A DNA stretch of 62,616 nucleotides from a bacterium (lineage in GTDB: Bacteria; Thermosulfidibacterota; Thermosulfidibacteria; Thermosulfidibacterales; B14-G1): NCBI GenBank assembly GCA_027020915.1, contig JALUVF010000028.1:1-62616 (forward strand), in the 5' to 3' direction. This document shows positions 25,835-34,517 of this stretch, piece by piece (within the stretch, counting starts at the first letter, position 1; the number at the start of each line of letters is the position of its first letter). A program made the translations under genes and the position numbers. Under the pieces are notes generated by a model. That model had not been told where the DNA came from, did not search any database, and saw nothing but the letters and a program-made list of their open reading frames with translations.

Positions 25835-26302
25835 ATGGTGATCAAGACCCCTACCAAATTCTTCTTCGTGAAAGGCGAATCCGAGGGCTTCATGCCCCTC
25901 AACGCCTTCGATGGCGCCCTGCTGGATGCAGGTATAGGTAACACCAATCTGGTGAAGATGAGCTCCATCATTCCCCCCAGGTGCCGGGAGGTGGACCCCA
26001 TTCCCCTGCCCCAGGGGGCCCTGGTGCCTGTGGCCTACGCCAGTATCACCTCCCAGGAGCCCGGGGAAGTGATTGCCGCCGCCGTGGCCGCCGCCTTTCC
26101 CGAGGATGAGGACCACGCCGCCCTCATCATGGAATACGCCGCCAAAGGCACCAAAGAAGAGGTTGAAGCCACCGTCAGGAAGATGGCCGAGGAAGGGATG
26201 AAGATGAGAGGCAAGAGGATCAGGGAAATCAAAAGCGTCGCCATAGAACACCGAGTGGAAAGGTGCGGAGCCGCCTTTGCCGCCGTGGTTTTATGGGACT
26301 AG
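25835..26302 (+). CDS. pdaD: pyruvoyl-dependent arginine decarboxylase
   Basis: The 155-aa product begins [13 protein letters not shown] and contains [25 protein letters not shown] (Ser-Ser processing site). This is the PdaD family. Confidence 0.9.
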   Translation: MVIKTPTKFFFVKGESEGFMPLNAFDGALLDAGIGNTNLVKMSSIIPPRCREVDPIPLPQGALVPVAYASITSQEPGEVIAAAVAAAFPEDEDHAALIMEYAAKGTKEEVEATVRKMAEEGMKMRGKRIREIKSVAIEHRVERCGAAFAAVVLWD

Positions 26303-26312
26303 GAGAAGAGAG

Positions 26313-27170
26313 ATGGCACCCAACTTCAAAGTGGAACCCCTGGACCTGTGGTATATGGAGAAGTTCTCCGAGAACTGGGGGCTCTCCTTCAGAATAAAGA
26401 GGGGGCTCTATTCAGCCCTCAGTGACTACCAGCGCATAGACGTACTGGAGACGGAGGAGTTTGGAAAGCTCCTCCTCCTGGACGCCGCCATCATGCTCAC
26501 CGAAAGGGACGAGTTCTCATACCACGAGATGCTGGTCCATGTACCTCTCCTCACCCACCCCGCCCCCAGGAAGGTCCTGGTCATCGGGGGAGGAGACGGG
26601 GGCACCCTCAGGGAGATCACCCGCCACCCCGAAGTGGAGGAGGTGGTCCAGGTGGAGATAGACCAAGAGGTGATTCGGGTCTCCAGGGAGTTCTTTCCCC
26701 AGCTTGCCAAGGGCTTCGACGATCCCAGGGTGAAAATCGAGGTGGCCGACGGCATCAAGTACATGGCCCAGTGCCCCCCCCACTCTTACGACGTGATCCT
26801 GGTGGACTCTACAGATCCCAAGGGGCCCGCCGAGGGACTCTTCACCCACCAGTTCTACGCCCACTGCCACAGGGCCCTCAAGGAAGAGGGCATCCTCACC
26901 GTCCAGTCGGGCTCTCCCTATTTCCAGCAGGATCTCCTGGCCAGGGTCCACAGGGCTTTCAGGGATCTCTTCCCCATAGCTCGCATCTACCTCTCAGGGG
27001 TCATCAGCTATGGAGGATTGTGGGCCTTCTCCCTGGGCTCCAAGAAACACGACCCCATCCAGGGCCCCATACGGGACTTCCCCCATAAGGGGCTCAGGTA
27101 CTACACCCCCCGGGTCCACCAAGGGGCCTTCATTCTCCCCAAGTATCTGGAAGAACTCCTGGGCCTCTGA
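26313..27170 (+). CDS. speE: spermidine synthase-family aminopropyltransferase (substrate putrescine or agmatine not decidable)
   Basis: YQRIDVLETEEFGKLLLLDAAIMLTERDEFSYHEMLVHVPL...VLVIGGGDGGTLREI...VDSTDPKGPAEGLF are the SpeE motifs. ATG 26313 is preceded by AGGAGAAGAGAG. The TTG 26277 extension overlaps pdaD. Confidence 0.9.
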   Translation: MAPNFKVEPLDLWYMEKFSENWGLSFRIKRGLYSALSDYQRIDVLETEEFGKLLLLDAAIMLTERDEFSYHEMLVHVPLLTHPAPRKVLVIGGGDGGTLREITRHPEVEEVVQVEIDQEVIRVSREFFPQLAKGFDDPRVKIEVADGIKYMAQCPPHSYDVILVDSTDPKGPAEGLFTHQFYAHCHRALKEEGILTVQSGSPYFQQDLLARVHRAFRDLFPIARIYLSGVISYGGLWAFSLGSKKHDPIQGPIRDFPHKGLRYYTPRVHQGAFILPKYLEELLGL

Positions 27171-27192
27171 TAAAGGAGGGTCAGGGGGTGGT

Positions 27193-27771
27193 ATGATATC
27201 AAACAGGTTCAAAGACAGGTTCTCCTTCCTCCTGACCCCTCTGGGAGAAAGAATCTCCGAAACGGGTGTCTCCCCCAACCAGCTCACCCTCCTGGGCATG
27301 GTGTTGAGCATAGGGGCAGGGGTCCTCATTGCCCTGGGCCACCTGGGCTGGGGGGCCCTCCTGGTGATAGTGAGCGGGCTGTGTGACGCCCTAGACGGCA
27401 CCATCGCCCGAAACACCCAGCAGGTGACCAGGTTTGGGGCCTTTCTGGATTCCACCCTAGATCGGTACTCCGACCTTGCCCTCTACCTGGGCATCATGAC
27501 CCTGGCCTTCACCCACCAGGATCTCTCTCTCTTCCTGTGGACGGCCCTGGCAGTCACAGGGGCCATAATGGTGAGCTACACCCGAGCCCGGGCCGAGTGC
27601 CTCATCCACCAGTGCCAGGTGGGCATCATGGAAAGGCCCGAAAGAATCATCCTCCTGCTCATTGGCCTCGTCTTCAACTGGCTGGAAGGGGCCATGGTCC
27701 TCACGGCCATCCTGGCCAACATCACGGCCTTACACAGGATTTACCACACCCACCGTCAACTGAAAGAGTGA
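27193..27771 (+). CDS. CDP-alcohol phosphatidyltransferase family protein
   Basis: The motif DALDGTIARNTQQVTRFGAFLDSTLDRYSD fits D-x2-DG-x2-AR...G-x3-D-x3-D. The protein has several hydrophobic helices. ATG 27193 follows an AAAGGAGGG RBS, 22 nt after the speE stop. The longer ORF from 27010 overlaps speE. Confidence 0.85.
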   Translation: MISNRFKDRFSFLLTPLGERISETGVSPNQLTLLGMVLSIGAGVLIALGHLGWGALLVIVSGLCDALDGTIARNTQQVTRFGAFLDSTLDRYSDLALYLGIMTLAFTHQDLSLFLWTALAVTGAIMVSYTRARAECLIHQCQVGIMERPERIILLLIGLVFNWLEGAMVLTAILANITALHRIYHTHRQLKE

Positions 27772-27781
27772 CAGGGGAACC

Positions 27782-28435
27782 ATGGGCCCCAAAGGACCTC
27801 CCCTTCTCACCATTCTGGATGATGCCCTCTCCCTGGACCCATGGACCAACATCCCTCTCTCCCCCCAGCAAAAGAGGAGCCTCTGTCGGCTCCTGGAGGA
27901 GCTGGCGCGCTGGAACAGGACCTTCAGCTTCACATCCCTCACCCATCCCCGGGACCTGGTAGAGGTCTTCCTTCTGGACTCCCTGGCCCCCCTGGCCCTG
28001 GACCTCTCCCTTTCCTCCCCCCTTCTGGATGCCGGATGCGGTGTGGGATTCCCTTCCCTGCCATTAAAGATCGCCCAACCCCACCTCCAGATGGTGGCCG
28101 TGGACTCCTCGCGAAAAAAGGTGAACTTCATCCGCCACATGGTGAGGCTCCTGAAACTCCAGGGCTACACTCCCAGGTGGGACAGACTGGAGACTCTCGT
28201 TAGAGAGGAGCTCACCTTCCCCATGGTGACCGTCAGGGCCCTCACGGGGGGAGAAACCACCCGGAGACTGGTGCCCCCCCTCCTGGCCCCGGGGGGCAAG
28301 GCCCTCCTCTTTGTGGGAAAAGAGTGGACCTCTCATCAGCTTCCCGGAGGCCTCCAGACGGGAGAGCACCTGGAATACCTCCTGCCCTTCTCGGGCAAGG
28401 TCCGGGGCCTTGTCTTGGCTTCCAGGGTGGACTAA
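27782..28435 (+). CDS. rsmG: 16S rRNA (guanine527-N7)-methyltransferase RsmG
   Basis: The 217-aa product contains LLEELARWNRTFSFTSL, LLDSLAP and LLDAGCGVGFPSLPLKI (SAM-binding site). This is the GidB family. Confidence 0.85.
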   Translation: MGPKGPPLLTILDDALSLDPWTNIPLSPQQKRSLCRLLEELARWNRTFSFTSLTHPRDLVEVFLLDSLAPLALDLSLSSPLLDAGCGVGFPSLPLKIAQPHLQMVAVDSSRKKVNFIRHMVRLLKLQGYTPRWDRLETLVREELTFPMVTVRALTGGETTRRLVPPLLAPGGKALLFVGKEWTSHQLPGGLQTGEHLEYLLPFSGKVRGLVLASRVD

Positions 28436-28470
28436 AAAGGTATTGACCCTGGAAAGAGAGGAGGTTCGCC

Positions 28471-29220
28471 ATGGCTGGCCATTCCAAGTGGGCCAACATC
28501 AAATATAGGAAAATGAAGGAAGACGCCAAAAGGGGACGCATCTTCACCCGGCTGACCCGGGAGATCATTGTGGCCGCCAGGGAGGGAGGAGGAGACCCGG
28601 AGACCAATCCCCGTCTGCGCACGGCCATCGCCGCCGCCAAGGCGGCCAACATGCCCAAGGAAAACATAGAGAAAGCCATTAAGAGAGGTACGGGGGAGCT
28701 TCCGGGGGTCACCTACGAGGAGGTGACCTACGAGGGTTACGGCCCCGGAGGGGTGGCCGTCATCGTGGAGGCCATCACTGACAACAGGAACCGCACCGTC
28801 TCCGAGGTGCGCTACATCTTCTCCAAACACGGAGGCTCCATGGGAGAGACGGGATGCGTCTCCTGGCTCTTCGAGAAGAAGGGAGTGATCACCATCAAGG
28901 CCCAGGGACTCTCCGAGGATGACGTCCTCATGGTGGCCCTGGAAGGAGGAGCCGAGGACCTGAAGGTGGAGGACGATACCTTCCAGATCATCACCGCCCC
29001 CGAGGATTTCGAGAAGGTGAAGGAAGCCCTGGAAAGAGCGGGCCTTCCCATAGAGGAAGCCGAAGTGACCCTGGTGCCCAAGAACGTGGTCAAAGTGGAA
29101 GGGGAAAAGGCCGAAAAGGTACTGAAACTCATGGAGGCCCTGGAAGGCCTGGACGAGGTGCAGAAGACCTACGCCAACTTCGAGATCCCCGAAGAGATCA
29201 TGGCCGCCATGGGGAGCTGA
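28471..29220 (+). CDS. yebC: YebC/PmpR family DNA-binding transcriptional regulator
   Basis: [73 protein letters not shown] is near-consensus for the YebC family. Confidence 0.95.
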   Translation: MAGHSKWANIKYRKMKEDAKRGRIFTRLTREIIVAAREGGGDPETNPRLRTAIAAAKAANMPKENIEKAIKRGTGELPGVTYEEVTYEGYGPGGVAVIVEAITDNRNRTVSEVRYIFSKHGGSMGETGCVSWLFEKKGVITIKAQGLSEDDVLMVALEGGAEDLKVEDDTFQIITAPEDFEKVKEALERAGLPIEEAEVTLVPKNVVKVEGEKAEKVLKLMEALEGLDEVQKTYANFEIPEEIMAAMGS

Positions 29221-29222
29221 AA

Positions 29223-29705
29223 GTGATACTGGGCATAGACCCCGGGTCCATCACCATGGGCTATGCCGTCCTCTCCCTCCGGCAGGAATGTGAGACATGG
29301 GGAACCCTCAAGCTGGGCAGGAAAGGCTCCCTGGCGGAAAAGGCGGGAGCCGTCTTCAATCTGGTCCAGGAACTCATCCGCCTCCACGGGATCCGGGAGA
29401 TGGCCATGGAAGAGTTCTACTACCATAAGGACCCCAGGGCCCTGGCCCGCATCTCCCACTGTCGGGGGGCAGCCATGGCAGCCGCTGCCCTGGAGGGCAT
29501 CCCCGTCTTCGAGTACTCTCCCATGGCCGTGAAGAAGGCTGTGGTGGGCTACGGCCACGCCACCAAAGAACAGGTGGCATGGATGCTACGGCAGACCTTC
29601 TCCCTCCCCGAAAAGCTTTCGGGAGACGAAACGGACGCCCTGGCCGTGGCCCTGTGCCACCTCACCCAACAGCGGCAACTGGCCATCACCAGGCAGGGGC
29701 GCTAG
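29223..29705 (+). CDS. ruvC: crossover junction endodeoxyribonuclease RuvC
   Basis: GTG start. The product contains ILGIDPGSITMGYAVL, EFYYHKDPRALARISHCRG, EYSPMAVKKAVVGYGHATKEQV and ETDALAVALCH. Confidence 0.9.
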   Translation: MILGIDPGSITMGYAVLSLRQECETWGTLKLGRKGSLAEKAGAVFNLVQELIRLHGIREMAMEEFYYHKDPRALARISHCRGAAMAAAALEGIPVFEYSPMAVKKAVVGYGHATKEQVAWMLRQTFSLPEKLSGDETDALAVALCHLTQQRQLAITRQGR

Positions 29706-29707
29706 CC

Positions 29708-30289
29708 GTGCTGGAGTTCATTCAGGGGACCCTCCTGGAGAAGGAGGAGAACTGGGCCATCATCGAGGTGAAGGGATTGGGATTCAGGGTGATGACCCCC
29801 CTCTCCACCCATTACCGCCTACCCTCCGTCGGGAGAGAGTGTCGTCTCCTCACCCACCTCCATCAGGGCGACAGGAGCCTCACCCTCTACGGATTCGCCA
29901 CCCCCCAGGAGAGGGAGCTCTTCACCCTCCTTCTCTCCATACCCCGCATGGGGCCCAAAACGGCCCTGGCTGTGGTCTCCCACTTCTCCCTGGGAGACCT
30001 GTGGGAGGCCGTGGAAGGAGAAGACCTGGAACGCATCAAGAAGGTGCCCGGCATCGGCGACAAGACGGCCAAGCGCCTCCTGGTGGAGCTCAAAGGGCAC
30101 CTGCCCCACGAGTCCCCCACCCCTTTGTCCCCTTCCTGGGAACAGACCCTCTTTTCAGCCCTGGCCAACCTGGGTTACACAAGGGGAGAGATAAAGAGAG
30201 CCATGGAGAGGGCCGCCGTCACCCCGGACATGGAGGAAGAGGAGATGATAAAGCGCTGTCTCAAGGCCCTGGGAGGCCAACTTGGATAA
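29708..30289 (+). CDS. ruvA: Holliday junction DNA helicase subunit RuvA
   Basis: GTG 29708 lies 2 nt after the ruvC stop and gives [28 protein letters not shown]...FGF...[24 protein letters not shown]...[23 protein letters not shown]. The longer ORF from 29579 overlaps ruvC. Confidence 0.9.
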   Translation: MLEFIQGTLLEKEENWAIIEVKGLGFRVMTPLSTHYRLPSVGRECRLLTHLHQGDRSLTLYGFATPQERELFTLLLSIPRMGPKTALAVVSHFSLGDLWEAVEGEDLERIKKVPGIGDKTAKRLLVELKGHLPHESPTPLSPSWEQTLFSALANLGYTRGEIKRAMERAAVTPDMEEEEMIKRCLKALGGQLG

Positions 30290-31319
30290 CCTGGACAGGT
30301 TTCTCACCCCCCAGGCCACCCCCGAGGAGATCACCCTGGAAAAGGGGCTACGCCCCGAAAGACTGAAGGACTACATCGGCCAGGAAGGGGTGAAGGAAAA
30401 CCTGAAGGTCTCCATCGAGGCGGCCCGGGCCAGGGGAGAGGCTCTGGATCATGTCCTTCTCTACGGCCCCCCGGGACTGGGCAAGACCTCCCTGGCCTGG
30501 GTCATCTCCCGGGAGATGGGGGTGGGCATCCGCACCACCTCGGGCCCTGTCCTGGAGCGCACGGGGGACCTGGCGGCCATCCTCACCAGCCTCCGGGACA
30601 AAGACATCCTCTTCATCGACGAGATCCACCGCCTCAACCCCTCGGTGGAAGAGATGCTCTACCCCGCCATGGAGGAGTTCAAACTGGACATCATCGTGGG
30701 GCAGGGGCCCGGGGCCCGAACCCTGCGCCTGGACGTGCCCAGGTTCACCCTCATAGGGGCCACCACCCGCCTGGGCCTCCTCACATCCCCCCTGAGAAAC
30801 AGGTTCGGGGTGGTCCTGCGCCTGGACTTCTACAAGGTGGATGAACTCAGGGCCATTGTCCTGCGCTCCGCCAGGATCCTGGGAGTGAAGGTAGACCCCC
30901 AGGGGGCCACGGAGATAGCCCGCCGGGCCCGGGGCACCCCCAGAATCGCCAACCGTCTCCTGAAACGGGTGAGGGACTACGCCCAAGCCCGGGCCGACGG
31001 GGTCATCACCCTGGAGGTGGCCCGGTCAGCCCTGGAGCTCCTGGAGATCGACGAAGCGGGCTTCGACTCCCTGGACCGCAAGTTCCTCCTCACCCTCATG
31101 GAGAAGTTCGGGGGAGGCCCCGTGGGCATAGACACCCTGGCGGCTTCCCTGGGAGAGGAGCGCCACACCCTGGAGGAAGTCTACGAGCCCTATCTCATTC
31201 AGGAGGGATACATCCAGCGCACCCCCCGGGGAAGGGTGGCCACGGAGAGGGCCTACCGCCACTTCGGTCTCAAAGCCCCCGCCGCAGGGCGCCAGAAGGG
31301 GCTGCCCCTGGAGGGGTGA
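30282..31319 (+). CDS. ruvB: Holliday junction DNA helicase RuvB
   Basis: [19 protein letters not shown]...[24 protein letters not shown]...[10 protein letters not shown]...FTLIGATTR...[19 protein letters not shown] start overlapping the ruvA end. Confidence 0.95.
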   Translation: MDNLDRFLTPQATPEEITLEKGLRPERLKDYIGQEGVKENLKVSIEAARARGEALDHVLLYGPPGLGKTSLAWVISREMGVGIRTTSGPVLERTGDLAAILTSLRDKDILFIDEIHRLNPSVEEMLYPAMEEFKLDIIVGQGPGARTLRLDVPRFTLIGATTRLGLLTSPLRNRFGVVLRLDFYKVDELRAIVLRSARILGVKVDPQGATEIARRARGTPRIANRLLKRVRDYAQARADGVITLEVARSALELLEIDEAGFDSLDRKFLLTLMEKFGGGPVGIDTLAASLGEERHTLEEVYEPYLIQEGYIQRTPRGRVATERAYRHFGLKAPAAGRQKGLPLEG

Positions 31320-31321
31320 GC

Positions 31322-31855
31322 ATGGAGAGCATCCTCGTCCATGCCTGCTGTGCCAACTGTCTTCTTTACCCTTTAAAGGCCGTGGAAGGAGCATTCCAGC
31401 GAGTCATGGCCTTCTGGTACAACCCCAACATTCACCCATACCAGGAGTACCAGAGGCGCCTGGAGGCCGTGAAAGAGGTGGAGAGCAAACTGGGGATAAG
31501 AACCATCTACCGGGACGAGTACCCCCTGGAGGAGTGGCTCCAGGCCGTGGCCTTCAGGGAGGAGAACCGCTGTCTCTACTGCTATCACAGCAGGCTCCTG
31601 GCCACGGTCCAGGTGGCCAAAAGGGGCAACTTCACCCATTTCACCACCACCCTCCTTTACAGTAAGCACCAGAAGCACGAGATTATAAAAGAGATGGGAG
31701 AGAGCCTGGGCAAAAAGTACGGGGTGCGGTTCTTCTATCAGGACTTCCGGGAAGGCTGGAGGGAGGGCATCCAGCACTCCCTGGATCTGGGGCTTTACAG
31801 GCAGCATTACTGCGGATGCATCTTCTCAGAGAAGGAGAGGTTCCGCCATGAATGA
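31322..31855 (+). CDS. queH: epoxyqueuosine reductase QueH (DUF208)
   Basis: [18 protein letters not shown]...[16 protein letters not shown]...[10 protein letters not shown]...[13 protein letters not shown]...[15 protein letters not shown] are the conserved QueH Cys motifs. ATG 31322 has GGAGGGG upstream. GTG 31316 is an alternative start. Confidence 0.85.
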   Translation: MESILVHACCANCLLYPLKAVEGAFQRVMAFWYNPNIHPYQEYQRRLEAVKEVESKLGIRTIYRDEYPLEEWLQAVAFREENRCLYCYHSRLLATVQVAKRGNFTHFTTTLLYSKHQKHEIIKEMGESLGKKYGVRFFYQDFREGWREGIQHSLDLGLYRQHYCGCIFSEKERFRHE

Positions 31856-32078
31856 TCTGGGTCCCCTGGCCAAGATGCTCATAGTCATGGGCCTCTTCCT
31901 GGTGGCTCTGGGGGGGGTTCTCCTTCTGGCAGCCAAGCTCCCCCACCTGGGACTGGGGCGCCTGCCGGGAGACATCTACCTAAAGCGGGGCAACTTCACC
32001 TTCTACTTTCCCATCGTCACCTGTATCATTTTGAGTATCCTCCTCACCCTGCTGCTGAATCTCTTTTTCAGGCGATAA
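31848..32078 (+). CDS. DUF2905 family small membrane protein
   Basis: The 76-aa product has two TM helices and the conserved [27 protein letters not shown]. It overlaps the queH end. Confidence 0.8.
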   Translation: MNDLGPLAKMLIVMGLFLVALGGVLLLAAKLPHLGLGRLPGDIYLKRGNFTFYFPIVTCIILSILLTLLLNLFFRR

Positions 32079-32102
32079 AAAAGGCCCTGTCCGGGACAGG
32101 GC
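32076..32102. terminator. bidirectional hairpin terminator between convergent genes
   Basis: GGCCCTGTC (32082-32090) pairs with GACAGGGCC (32094-32102). AAAAA at 32076-32080 provides a T-tract for the minus-strand lipoprotein operon. Confidence 0.55.
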
Positions 32103-32124
32103 CCAACAGCTCAAGACGCCCAGC

Positions 32125-32556
32125 CTACTTACCGGGCTGGCCAGTCCGGGAAGGGGGAGCCTCTCTGGCGGGAGCCACCCCCATTCTCTTCTCAATGGCC
32201 CTCATGATCTGCAATGACACGTCCTTGTTGCCGAACCACCCCACCTTTATCCTGAGCACGGTGATCTTGGGTGAGAGATTGTCCACCCTGATCTTCACCC
32301 CCGTTCCGTCGGCCATCCTGGCCTCTATGCGACACCTGATGGCGTCCTTCTCCTCCTTCTTCAGGGCGAAACCCAGATCCTTCACCGCCGCCTCCGTGGC
32401 AGCCACCACGGTCCTGTAAGCCACGGGATAGGTGACCTTCAACTGGCCCTTTATATAGCTGTAGCTCCCCACACCCACTCCTGCACCGGCCCCCACCAGG
32501 GCAGCGGTGCATCCCGTCAGGGCCAAGGCCAGAAAAGAAAAGACGAGCCTTCTCAT
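32125..32556 (-). CDS. small lipoprotein of unknown function
   Basis: The 143-aa product has a signal peptide with lipobox (MRRLVFSFLALALTGC). It overlaps the upstream TPR gene by 4 nt. Confidence 0.7.
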   Translation of the reverse strand: MRRLVFSFLALALTGCTAALVGAGAGVGVGSYSYIKGQLKVTYPVAYRTVVAATEAAVKDLGFALKKEEKDAIRCRIEARMADGTGVKIRVDNLSPKITVLRIKVGWFGNKDVSLQIMRAIEKRMGVAPAREAPPSRTGQPGK

Positions 32557-33212
32557 TGTTTACCCTCCATGGGTGAATTTGCCTGGGGAGACCCCTCAAG
32601 GGAGCCCCCCAGCTTCTTGAGCCTCTCTTTGGCCCAGAAGCCCCCCACCGTTTGGGGATACTCTTCCGCCAGCCTCCTGTAGTACTCCAGGGCCTCTTCC
32701 TTCCGTCCCATCTTCTCCAGGAGATAGGCCTTGTTGAAGAGATAGGGCGCCATGTCCCCCGGGGGCACCCTATCTTCAGGGACCATCTCCAGATACCTCC
32801 AGGCCCTGTTCAAGTCGTGGAGGGCCACCTCCGCCATGGCCGCCATCCTCATGAGCATCTGGACCCTGTCCCTGGCCCAGGGATAGCGTTTGATGAACAC
32901 TTCGTACTCCCTAAGGGCCTGGGCGATGTCCCCCGTCTTTTCGTAAAGCCGGCATATGTATCTCTGGACGGCCAGGGGTCTATACCTGGGAGCCTTCTCC
33001 CGCAACTCCAGAAAGAGATCCAATCCCTCCTTGAGCTTACCGCTGGACACCAAGAGCTGGGCTCTCCTGAAGGCCTCCTGGGAATCCCAGGCCTCCCCCT
33101 GGAAGCCAACGGCCTCCCCGGGAGTCCCCTTTCCTCCAGTCTGGGCCTTGAGGGCGTCAGGCACCCAAGCCAGCAGTAAAACCAGACAGACCGGAAGAAT
33201 GAGCCTTCTCAT
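32553..33212 (-). CDS. secreted tetratricopeptide-repeat protein
   Basis: The 219-aa product has a signal peptide (MRRLILPVCLVLLLAWVPDALKA) and TPR-like helical repeats (AQALREYEVFIKRYP..., EEALEYYRRLAEEYP). It overlaps the dapL end by 4 nt. Confidence 0.75.
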   Translation of the reverse strand: MRRLILPVCLVLLLAWVPDALKAQTGGKGTPGEAVGFQGEAWDSQEAFRRAQLLVSSGKLKEGLDLFLELREKAPRYRPLAVQRYICRLYEKTGDIAQALREYEVFIKRYPWARDRVQMLMRMAAMAEVALHDLNRAWRYLEMVPEDRVPPGDMAPYLFNKAYLLEKMGRKEEALEYYRRLAEEYPQTVGGFWAKERLKKLGGSLEGSPQANSPMEGKQ

Positions 33213-34369
33213 CCCATGAGCCTGGCAAGCCTCTGGGCCGCCTCCTCCAGCCTCTCCCGGGGAACGGTGAGGGCAGCCCTGACGTAACCCTCTCCATGGG
33301 CTCCGAAACCCACCCCGGGGGTGATGACCACCCCTGCCTCTTCCAGGGCCCGGGTGGCAAAGGTGATAGAATCGGAACCGGGGGGCACGGGAAACCAGAG
33401 GTAGAAGGTGGCCCGGGGTGCCTCCACCCGGAAGCCTGCCTTCCTCAGCCCCTCCACCAGAACGTCCCTGCGCTCCCTGTAAATGCGGCGCATCTCTTCC
33501 ACTCCGTGTTGCCCGTCCAGGGCCTCTATGCCCGCCTCCTGGACGGCCTGGAAGGCCCCCGAATCGATGTTGGTCTTCACCTTCTTCAATCCCTGGACCA
33601 CGGCCGGATTGCCCACGGCCATCCCGATGCGCCAGCCTGTCATGTTGAAGGTCTTGGAGAGGGAGTGGAACTCTATGGCCACCTCCCTAGCCCCCTCCAC
33701 CTCCAGGAGGGAGTGGGGAGGCTCATGGTAGTACATCTCACTGTAAGCGGCGTCGTGGCAGAGAATGATCCCATGCTCCCTGGCAAACTCCACGGCCTCT
33801 TTGAAGAACTCCAGAGAAGCCACGGCCGCCGTGGGGTTGTTAGGATAGTTGAGAAACATGAGCCTGGCCCTGGCCAGTACATCCCCGGGAATGGCCGAGA
33901 GATCAGGCAGAAACCCCTTTTCCGCCTTCAGGGGAAGGTTGTAAGGTTCCCCTCCCGCCAGGATGGTGGCTCCCCCATACACGGGATAGCCGGGATCGGA
34001 GACCAGGACCACGTCCCCGGGATTCACGAAGGCCAGGGGAATGTGGCCGATGCCCTCCTTGGAACCGATGAGGGTGATGATCTCCCCGGCGGGGTCCAGT
34101 TCCACCCCGAAACGCCTCCTGTACCAGCGGGCCACAGCCTCTCGAAAGGAGAGCATCCCCTCGTAAGAGGGGTACCTGTGATGCTCAGGGTTCTCCACGG
34201 CCCTCTTCATGCGCTCTATGATGGGCCCAGGAGTAGGTAGATCGGGGTCTCCCACCCCCAGGTCTATGACATCCACCCCTCTGGCCAGCTGCCGGGCCTT
34301 GGCCTCGTCCAGCCGGGCAAAGAGGTAAGGGGGAAGTCTCTTTAGCCTATCAGCCAGTTCTATCGCCAC
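33209..34369 (-). CDS. dapL: LL-diaminopimelate aminotransferase (DapL type) / class I aminotransferase
   Basis: The 386-aa product contains LPPYLFARLDEAK, DLGVGDPDLPTP, HRYPSYEGMLSFREAVARWY, LIGSKEGIGH, NYPNNPT and FHSLSKTFNMTGWRIG (PLP lysine). Confidence 0.85.
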   Translation of the reverse strand: MAIELADRLKRLPPYLFARLDEAKARQLARGVDVIDLGVGDPDLPTPGPIIERMKRAVENPEHHRYPSYEGMLSFREAVARWYRRRFGVELDPAGEIITLIGSKEGIGHIPLAFVNPGDVVLVSDPGYPVYGGATILAGGEPYNLPLKAEKGFLPDLSAIPGDVLARARLMFLNYPNNPTAAVASLEFFKEAVEFAREHGIILCHDAAYSEMYYHEPPHSLLEVEGAREVAIEFHSLSKTFNMTGWRIGMAVGNPAVVQGLKKVKTNIDSGAFQAVQEAGIEALDGQHGVEEMRRIYRERRDVLVEGLRKAGFRVEAPRATFYLWFPVPPGSDSITFATRALEEAGVVITPGVGFGAHGEGYVRAALTVPRERLEEAAQRLARLMG

Positions 34370-34464
34370 ATGGCACCTCCCAAAATGATTTCTCCACCAT
34401 CATCCCCATGGGCCCTTGGATACCAGGGAAGCCCCCAGGGGTCAAAGGGGAAAAGGCTCCCCAC

Positions 34465-34494
34465 AAAAAAGGCGGGGAGCACTAGCCCCCCGCC
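34465..34494 (-). terminator. rho-independent terminator after nfnB
   Basis: On the minus strand, GGCGGGG (34494-34488) pairs with CCCCGCC (34477-34471) and is followed by TTTTTT (34470-34465). It lies 24 nt after the stop at 34518. Confidence 0.6.
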
Positions 34495-34517
34495 TTCTGG
34501 TTCGGACAGACGATTCC

